64,000 nucleotides of DNA. Origin: a virus. Below the pieces are notes generated by a model. That model ran no database searches, was not told where the DNA came from, and saw only the letters and a program-made list of their open reading frames with translations. Position numbers and translations under genes: made by a program. Position 1 is the first letter of the stretch; every line of letters starts with the position of its first letter. The stretch lies in the IMG/VR virus record IMGVR_UViG_3300043419_002586; one strand, given 5' to 3'. Shown one piece after another: positions 1 through 9,000 of the stretch.

Positions 1-791
1 TTTAATTTATTTCCATTTACGTGATTGTATTTAAATTCAGGATTTATAAGTGCAGCAATCGGATCAATTTCAAACTCGTGAACAAGATTTAAATTAGCAT
101 CAATTTCAAATTTTTCTCTTTTTCTGGTAATTACTTCAACAATAAGTGGCCCAGCCGCTTGATAAATATCTCCGTGATTTCCTCTGCCTTGGATCATAGA
201 CGATCTGTAAACGTGTCCTTTGTTTATTGTCAGATCAAAATTTTCAAACATTTTTACATGACCAGAGCCGTTACAATAATTGCAAAATGCATCAAACTTT
301 TCACCACGGCCATAACAACTTCCACAAGGACCAGCATAATTTCGAACGTGCATAAAACCCAAATCTTGAACTATATAATGTTCTCCTGATCCCATACAAG
401 ACATACAAAGACTTTTATTTCCACTACCACCAACTCCTGAACAAGCTCCACAAGGCACTAAACGCTCATAATTAAGAGTTTTTACGACATTTTTGTAAAC
501 CTCTTCTAATTCAAGTTCAATAGTAACTGTTATTGGAGTATTAAGATTTTTCCTAAATGGATTTCTAGTGGTATTTCTAAATGGATTTGCAGGTGGTTCA
601 AAATGATGTTGCGGAGGAGGGGGATTTAAGATATCTTCATATGCTTGAGATATTTCTTTAAATTTTTCTTCTGATCCAGCCTCTTTATTTACATCAGGAT
701 GGTATTGCTTGGCTAATTTTCTATAGGCCTTTTTTGCATCATCTACTGAAGCATTTTGTGGCAAACCTAAAACATCATATGGATTTGGCAT
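1..791 (-). CDS. dnaJ: DnaJ (Hsp40) co-chaperone, class A-like; C-terminus runs off the window; not in the ORF track
   Basis: Manual translation from ATG at 791: [36 protein letters not shown] (J domain, HPD), then four CxxCxGxG motifs ([32 protein letters not shown]) and GRGNHG...GPLIVEV of the C-terminal domain; frame open to the edge. Confidence 0.95.
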   Translation of the reverse strand, partial: MPNPYDVLGLPQNASVDDAKKAYRKLAKQYHPDVNKEAGSEEKFKEISQAYEDILNPPPPQHHFEPPANPFRNTTRNPFRKNLNTPITVTIELELEEVYKNVVKTLNYERLVPCGACSGVGGSGNKSLCMSCMGSGEHYIVQDLGFMHVRNYAGPCGSCYGRGEKFDAFCNYCNGSGHVKMFENFDLTINKGHVYRSSMIQGRGNHGDIYQAAGPLIVEVITRKREKFEIDANLNLVHEFEIDPIAALINPEFKYNHVNGNKL

Positions 792-798
792 AAAGTCA

Positions 799-1473
799 TT
801 ATACTAATTTGGATAACATATTGGTAATTTTATTAGAAGGACATAAAGTATTTTCACCAACGCCAATATCAGCGTGTTGTCCAGTTACACCAATTACTGT
901 TCCTATAACAAGATTGTCAGTTCCAATTGCCATACCGCCAGATGAACCTTCAAGAATATCTGCATCTACAAAAATTACATCAGTCCAGGCAGGTAAATTT
1001 ATATCATTAATATTTTGATGAATATTTGAAACTCTACCAACAGTGGCTGTGTCGTGAAAACCCTCTGGAGAACCAATCACTGCTACAATATCACCAACTT
1101 CTATTGTATCACTGTTGGCAAACTGTAATGATGGGATATTTGATGGTATTCTTTCTGCTCTTATAGCTCCAGAGTCTATCGTGGGATCAGAAATTAAAAA
1201 TGTAGCTGGAATAAAATTTTTATTATCAAATGAAATAAGAATTTCTGTCAAAGTTTCATCTGCTGGGACAACGTGTCCAGCAGTTATGATAATATTATTG
1301 CCAATATGAAATCCACTACCTGACCAATTTTTCTTTCCAGATCTCACATAAATAGAACAAGAAGCTTGAAGTCCCAATTGTATTGTTTTTTTAATTGGAT
1401 CTTCAAGCTTTTCTGCGCTTTGGCTAGTCTTAATTAGACTATCCAAATAATTAACATCTAATTTAAAATTCAT
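799..1473 (-). CDS. Trypsin-like (HtrA/DegP-type S1C) serine protease, no PDZ domain, no signal peptide
   Basis: GSGF, ITAGHVV (His), IDSGAI (Asp), [30 protein letters not shown] (Ser). Confidence 0.9.
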   Translation of the reverse strand: MNFKLDVNYLDSLIKTSQSAEKLEDPIKKTIQLGLQASCSIYVRSGKKNWSGSGFHIGNNIIITAGHVVPADETLTEILISFDNKNFIPATFLISDPTIDSGAIRAERIPSNIPSLQFANSDTIEVGDIVAVIGSPEGFHDTATVGRVSNIHQNINDINLPAWTDVIFVDADILEGSSGGMAIGTDNLVIGTVIGVTGQHADIGVGENTLCPSNKITNMLSKLV

Positions 1474-1928
1474 TGTATTACTTTGTACAAAATCTCAGTT
1501 TCATCTACAGTTCCAAATCTTCTACTATCATCTGACTTTGGTAAATTATCACCGACAAGATAATAATGTTTTTTAGGAACCTTTAATTCCATCATATATA
1601 CGTCATCTACATTCTTTATTTTCAGAATTGAATGGTATGAATTATCAATTATTAGCTCATAAACACCATCTTTATTCATTATATAATAATAATATTCTTC
1701 CGGCGTATACAATATTCTTTTAACGATCAGAGTTCTATCATCACTCAAAGCAACTACAACATCACTTTTTTTGAAATTTTTAGTTTTTTTAGCTAACAAA
1801 ATCTGTCCATTTTTATAAGTTGGGAACATAGATTCACCAACAACAACGACCAATTTGTAAGGTTGTAAGTATGCTAATAAAAGTAAAATACAACCAATTA
1901 CCAAAGAAACAATTAATCTCTTTTTCAT
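1470..1928 (-). CDS. lepB: Signal peptidase I (S26) with single N-terminal membrane anchor
   Basis: Hydrophobic N-terminus, GESMFPT (Ser), IVKRI (Lys), GDNLPKSDDSRRFG box; SD GAGGTG upstream. Confidence 0.92.
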   Translation of the reverse strand: MKKRLIVSLVIGCILLLLAYLQPYKLVVVVGESMFPTYKNGQILLAKKTKNFKKSDVVVALSDDRTLIVKRILYTPEEYYYYIMNKDGVYELIIDNSYHSILKIKNVDDVYMMELKVPKKHYYLVGDNLPKSDDSRRFGTVDETEILYKVIQ

Positions 1929-1990
1929 GCTTCACCTCTTGTAATAAAAGGAGCTGAAGACATTTTTTCTTTTTAGCTTTTTGCTCGTAG

Positions 1991-2953
1991 TTAAGATTTT
2001 TTAACAGTGATAGTTGACCAATCAATATTTGCAAGTTTAGGAACACCAGGGCCCCAATTTTGTTCTTCTCCAGGTTGAACGTTTACATTTTGTAAACTTG
2101 AAATATTTCTTAATGCAGTCATCATATCTTCTTGGCAAAATTGGTAACCAAATTCTGGAAGAAGATTCTGATTTTTCAGTGCAGCTTTTATCAATGCACA
2201 AATACCAGCAACAAATGGAGCTGCTTGACTTGTACCTGACATTTTACAGTAGTTATTATTCAAGTGAGTTGAATAAATATTAGTGCCTGGAGCAACAATG
2301 TCCACTGTAAAATCCCTTGAGGTGAAAGTGGCTAAATTACCACTTTCATCCAGTGCAGCAACAGCAATAACTTCATCGTATCTTGCTGGGTAATTAACTG
2401 CGTGTGAATCGTTTCCAGCAGCTGCAACTACTATAATTCCTTTTGAAACTGCTTCTTTAATTAAGTCGTGAATAAAACTTGGTGGTTCAGATGGTGCACC
2501 CAGAGACATATTAATAATGTCCACACCTAAATCAATTGCTTTTCTCAAACCTGCAGCAATTGTGTCATAACTTCCACCACCACTATTGTCAAGAACTCTA
2601 ATGCAATATAGTTTTGCTTTAGGAGCTACACCAACAACACCAAAATCATTATCAGAGCCAGCAATAATTCCGGCTACGTGTACTTGATGACCGCTTCCTG
2701 CATCATACACACTTGCTTCACCTGTGCAATTGACTGCCTCATCGACCTTCCAAGCTTCTGCTAAATCTGCGTGTTCTGAAAAACCAGTATCAAGAACTGC
2801 TACTTTAATACCTTCACCTTGCTTAGAAACTTCCCAAACATCTTGAATGTTTGCAATAGCCATACCCCAGTTTTGAGTCTGCGATAATGCTGCAAACGGA
2901 ACCGATACAACTTTTAAGTCTTCTTCAGGAATAAATTGAATTCTATCTTGCAT
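1991..2953 (-). CDS. Subtilisin-family (S8) serine protease, intracellular type
   Basis: VAVLDTG (Asp), GHQVHVAGII (His), NMSLG, AAAGN, SGTSQAAPFVAG (Ser). Start moved to ATG 2953 because GAGGTG lies just upstream. Confidence 0.93.
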   Translation of the reverse strand: MQDRIQFIPEEDLKVVSVPFAALSQTQNWGMAIANIQDVWEVSKQGEGIKVAVLDTGFSEHADLAEAWKVDEAVNCTGEASVYDAGSGHQVHVAGIIAGSDNDFGVVGVAPKAKLYCIRVLDNSGGGSYDTIAAGLRKAIDLGVDIINMSLGAPSEPPSFIHDLIKEAVSKGIIVVAAAGNDSHAVNYPARYDEVIAVAALDESGNLATFTSRDFTVDIVAPGTNIYSTHLNNNYCKMSGTSQAAPFVAGICALIKAALKNQNLLPEFGYQFCQEDMMTALRNISSLQNVNVQPGEEQNWGPGVPKLANIDWSTITVKKS

Positions 2954-3005
2954 AATTTCACCTCGATACAATTATATTATTCAATATATATTTTTCCTTA
3001 TTCCT

Positions 3006-6000
3006 TCAGACTATGTGAAGAATTTGACTTTCTATTGGTGTTCCGTAAGTGGTTCCATCATAAGGCTTGACAATAAAAGAAATTGCCATATTTCTCAAAA
3101 CCACAGCAGAGTTTAATAAACTACCTTCTGCTATTTTATTTGACACTCCATTAGTCCATTCAAACCATTCAATGGTGGATAAATCTGAAGATCCATTAAA
3201 ATTATAATAGGCTTGAAGAACACTGTTGGCAGAAATTTTACTGTCAACTATTGTATTTGTTGACTTAATTTGAACATCGTACACATAAGGCGCAGACAAA
3301 CTTTTGACAATTATTGGTTGTGAAGTGTATGTGATTCCATAATCAAAATTATCATTAGGTTCAAGAGTAACATAAACTTGATCGTTTATGTTAAAATAAC
3401 CATTGGCAGCATTCAAATCTGCTTTTCTTTGAACCAATTTATCTCTGTAATTAGGTGTGGAATCTAATTCTTCAGTGGTTGTTCCGCCACCAGATGTTCT
3501 TGTCCTGTACCATCTTGTTCTTGGTTTATATTGCTGATTATCGGAAATATAACTGTAATCAACATACATTCTTGAAGAACTTGAAATTTGTTTTGTAGAT
3601 CCGACAGATGCATAAGAAACATCTGAATTGATTACTAAACTTTCAGCTTTCAATGATGGAATATTAGTATTCAAATAATGAGAATATACATTTGAATTTG
3701 AAACAGTATTATGAGTAAATTCAAAGTTATAAGTTGTTGATGCAGTAGAAGAATATGTCTCTACTTTTAATCCCAATCTATATGTTGAACTTTGAAGAAT
3801 GAATAAAGTAATAATATCGGTTGCAGATTTATTAGTATCAAATATAATTTTGCCATCATATCTGTCTAACTTGTATCCACCACGAACTATCTCGTTGTTG
3901 ACAAGCACTACAATCTTGCTGTCTTCAGGCCATCTTCCATTTACAGCATAATAGTTCTTGTAATCTGTAGAAACTGTACCTTCACCATAAGCTTCATACC
4001 TTGAACCAGTTCTACTAATTGAAACTTGAACAATGTTTCCTAATGGCACTTCTTGTCGGAATGTTATAGTTCCATTTACATTGTCAATAGTGTAAAGATT
4101 GGTAGCAACAAGAGAAGAATTTAAATAAACTTCAACATTGTCCGAAAGAAGCCAAGTAAATCTAGTGTTGTCATTATATACAAAGTAAGTAAAATTATTA
4201 TTTACAGACTTTACGCAGGTAAGTTTGTCATAAAATAAAGCATTTGTATATTTGTATGATCTTTGTCTTGAAGAAATTATTCCATTTTTATTTTTGATTA
4301 ATTCTTCATAATCATTCCAATTTGTACTGTTTCCTTTGCATATGCCCCAAGTCAATTTAGCTTTATCAGTGTCAGAATAGTCTGTTGAAAGAATGTATTC
4401 AAAAATATCATCTGTGGAAGTTAAAGCAGTTGTAAATAAATAGTTGACAGCTGGAGATACTTCAGTGTAATATAATTGACTTACATAAGGAGAAATTGGT
4501 AGACTGGTAGAATTATTCCATCCTTCTGTCATATTAATTTGAAAATCTAAATTTGTAATTTCTTTATTAACAATAGATGTGGCAGTTAATGTAATCCAAT
4601 CGCTGTAATTCTTCTTATCTGTGGAATATTTGTATTTGACTACGCAAGAACTATCTACACTTTGCCCTGTAGAAACTGTGTATGCTGTAGTAATTGATTT
4701 TATAAATTTAGAAGTTTCAAATTCTACAGATTTATTCCAAGAACCAGCAAATATTGTATTAGATCCACCGTGCAATAAAGCTGTAGTAATTCCAGACCAA
4801 TAAGAGCTAGAAGCATCAAAATACAATCCATCTGTATTTTGCACTAATTGTCTTATGTTTCCAGTGTTTGTTTTATCATCCACACCAAATACAACTAATT
4901 TTGTACCTTGATTGCCCCAGCTGTAATTAATATTGTCTTCAATACTCTTAATAGAAACTGATGTATTGTTATCAGCATCAGAAACAATAAATGTTAATGG
5001 AATGTATGAACTAGCCAATCTTTCCATCATATATTTTGAAACTGTAGGATTGTTTGGAATTGAATCTGCCAAGCCATTCCAATCTTGTCTTAAATATACT
5101 TCTACTTGATCTGTATTTCCAATTGATGTAGTAAATGATACTTTGCCTGTAGATGGAATTACTGTATATCCTGAACCTAAAACTGCACCATTCTTAATTA
5201 CTTCAGCATATGGATAATCTGTAGTATTCCAAGTAAATGTGTTTGTACCATCAGTTGAAAAAGTAAGTGTAGAGCCAATAGAGCTGCCGATTTTAGGAAC
5301 AAGATTTAATTGCTTATTGCTTTCATTCTTGTATCTTTCTTTTAATAAATCGAGTCTTATTAAGTTTTCATCTGACAAGTAATCCTTGTAAGTTGAAATT
5401 AAAGATGTGTCTGCTATTCCTGAAATTGCTGCTGGTTGTTGTCCTATTAAAGCATATTCAAGACAGTCATATAAATTACTATTTTCACCATCAAGTTTTA
5501 AGGAATTGATTATTGATGTTATAGCTGTTCCTGAATTTGTGAAACCATTGCCCGTTTCGTGTTTTATAGATGTGCCAAAAGTCCAAAGGTCTGCAAAAGA
5601 AAATTGAGCATAATATTGTTGATTTGTTCTAGCAAAAATATTTGTCAAAAGACTATTGTATCCATTTACAAATCCTGACGACATTTTCATAGAAGCAGAA
5701 TTATCAAATACATTAGAAATTACAAATTTTGGCTTAAGATACAAATAACCATCATCGCTAGAAATTACACCTTTGCTAACACCGCTATCCCAATTTACTT
5801 CGGTGTTATCATAATTGCCAATAGGAACAATGGTTTCTATTGGAGCATATGAATTGTCATAATGAGCTCTGAAGAAAAAGTCATAACTTGTGCTAATTCC
5901 AGTCCAACTTATAGCGTTTGAACTTGAATATCCTAATCCTGAAAATGGATTATTTGTTGATGCTTTCTTCCACTTAAATAGAGGAACAGAGCTTGCAGTT

Positions 6001-9000
6001 TCTTTTATGACAAGTGCTAATGTTGTTGATCCTGTACCTGGAATATCTAATGCACTTATGAGATTGAAACTTGTAAATCCACCAACATTAACGCTAGAAG
6101 ATGTAATAGGACTTGACGCAGCTAATTGTGTTTGTGGTTTTACATTGGCATCTACAGAATAAACATAAGCTGTTAAAGTTGTATTTGCTAAACTGTCATT
6201 GTAAGAAGAATTGGAAAGTCCATCTTGTTCCCTAATTGACAAGAATGCAGATACTTTTGATATTGTGCTTGCTGTTGATGATGTAGTGAAAGTTTGAGCT
6301 AAATATCCAACAGAGCCACTATCACTTGCAATGAATCTTATGTCATTTGAAGGCTTGGATGAGAATAAAACTGGGCTATATCCTTCACTTGTATTCTCAC
6401 CAGTTCTATACCAGCAATCACCATCATCAAGAGTATACCAAATTCCGTTATTCGTACAAGCCACCAAAACATTTTGAGTAATAGAATTAAATGTGGAGGA
6501 AAATACTTGTAGATCATAAACACAAGTTGGCAGAGTACCGATATAATCAGATCTTTCAAAAGTATTTCCTTCATCGAAAGATCTATACACTCCATTATTT
6601 GTTCCGATATAAATTTTTGATCTACCAGGAGTATTACCAACAGCAGCTTCAGTGTCAATAGCATAAGAGAAACAATGAAGTCCTCTTAAATATCTACTAT
6701 CAACAATAAAATCAGAAGAATTTACATCATCAGGGTAAGAATATTTCCAGTTTCTTACCTTTAAAATTCCATCATTTGTAAGGATAAACAATGAATTTGC
6801 ATATGTAGTTGTATTTGTTGAAGAAGGAACACTATATGCTTGGAAAGATTTGTAATACTTGCTTACACCTTCAGGATTGCCAGAAATAAACATTTTTCTG
6901 GGAACGAGAAATGATGAGAATGATGAATATTGAGTGTCATTACCCATCACAAAATAACCATCATCTCCTGCTGCGTGTAAACTTTCAAATTCTTGCACAT
7001 TACCTAAACTATTCTTGATATATGTGCCCTTGAAAATTCCATTTACATTATTAGTAGTAAGTTTCAAAAAATCAGATAAGAAATTGGTTGTTCCTAATTT
7101 GACACTTAATCCATCACTTGTTGCAAATGCTTCGAATAAAGTGCCATTCCAGAAACCAGTGAGATAAGCATTTTGTCTTGCTGATGATGTTTGCTTTATC
7201 CAAGAACTGTCATATTTCCAAAGACCATTAGAAGCGCCAGCAATTACATTAAGATTTGGATCAAGAGCAATATAATTAGCATCAAAAGCGCCATCTAATG
7301 TGCTTTCAAGTTCCCAATATTTAGTGTATTTCCAAACACCCTTCTCTGTAATAATTCTAGTTCCAGTACCATCTTTTGTGAGATTGACAATTCCCTTAAC
7401 TTGAATTGGGTCGCTTTCAAAATCATTTACAGTAGGAACAAGTTCAGTTCTATTTTTGAATGATGAATTTAAGCTATCAAATTTAGCATTACTTGAAAAA
7501 TTATCAACTAGTAATGTATTTTTCAAACCTCTTGTATCAGTCTGTGAAATTGTTGGTGCAGTGAAATCAAAAATAGTTGAATTTAATGATTTGATCTTTC
7601 TTGCTAATTCTTGAATATTAGAATTATTTTCTGATGCTAAATTGTAGGTTTGGTTGGATATAGCAAGATACAAATCATCTTCCAATCCAGATACAATCTC
7701 GTTTTTTATTCCATAAACTTCAGCGCCAACGTCGTAAGTAGTTGTGCTTGTAAGTCTTGCTACAGATAAAGTTATTTCAATAGGAAATACAGTATTGTCA
7801 ATAGATTTAACTACTGCTATTTCATATTTATTACCAGCTTTCAATTGTATTAAAGAATAATTGCTAATTCTCTGATTGATATATATTTTAGTATCAGTGT
7901 TAGAGTTTGCTTTCGCTAATAATGCAATAGGCGTTTTAGTCTTGAAAAGGGGTACATAAGTAGAAGAATGTGGCTTTGTTCCGGCATCAGATATTGTTGG
8001 AAAATCATTTACTATAGATATCTTTACATTATCGACATCGTTCTTTAATACTGACTGTGTAAAAGTGATTTTGCCTTCAGATGGACTGGAATAAAATGGA
8101 ATAGTGCTAGGTTCATTGTTTATATAAGTAAAAATTCTAGTACTGTCTGTTTGTGTGTCAGTCCAAGGGTCAGTGGTAAATGTATTAAAACTCTTTTCAT
8201 AATATAACTGATCGCCTGAGACATAGGTAGATCCCATAGCTACTAATTGATATGGATAATTTAAAGTAAAATTAGATACTTGATTATAATTTTTATCAAA
8301 TACTGAGAATTCTGTCTCATTTTCAGAAAAAGTATCGTTAGGTCTTTTCCATCGATAATTCAAAGAAACTGTGCTGGATACGTTTACATCTTGCCACAAT
8401 AATTCAGTGCTAACAAAGATGCCATTTGTTGTTCCAGCATACAACTTACCAAAATTACTGCCATCATCATAACTGTAAAGTGCATTTGTCGAACCTTGGA
8501 AGACAGGCTCCCAAAAAAGTTCAGAATAGGCTACAGATGTTCCTAATGATGATTCTTGGACTCTTGCAATGCCATTAGAATGTCCAATGAAATAATCTGT
8601 TGGAAATGTTGTTGAATTTCTTTGAACAACACAATTGATGACACTACTTGAACCAGCTCCAGAAGGTGTTGAATTTTGATATATCTTTAATCTTTGAATT
8701 TCCCATAGCACATCAGAAGTGCCAAAATCAAATGCATCTTCAATAACAAGATACCAAGTACTGTCGTTATTTACAATTCCGTTTGATACGTATACTGTTT
8801 TCCAATTAATAAATTCAGCATTTACATCAAGTTCGGTTGATCTAGTCCAACTTCCAGCAGATACAATATAAATTCCATTTTCAGCTTTATTAGTTTGATT
8901 TTTGACAAGAACAATATTACCAGCAATAACAGCAACACCATCAATAGTTTGCGTTCCAGTGAGTGCTATATCTTCTGTTGTGGCGCATAAAGCATTTGAG

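Noticed and set aside
550-595. Two NPF tripeptides in DnaJ as eukaryotic EH-binding motifs implying a eukaryotic virus
   Set aside because: SD motifs, coupled genes and tailed-phage neck genes indicate a prokaryotic host; tripeptide is likely a short local duplication.
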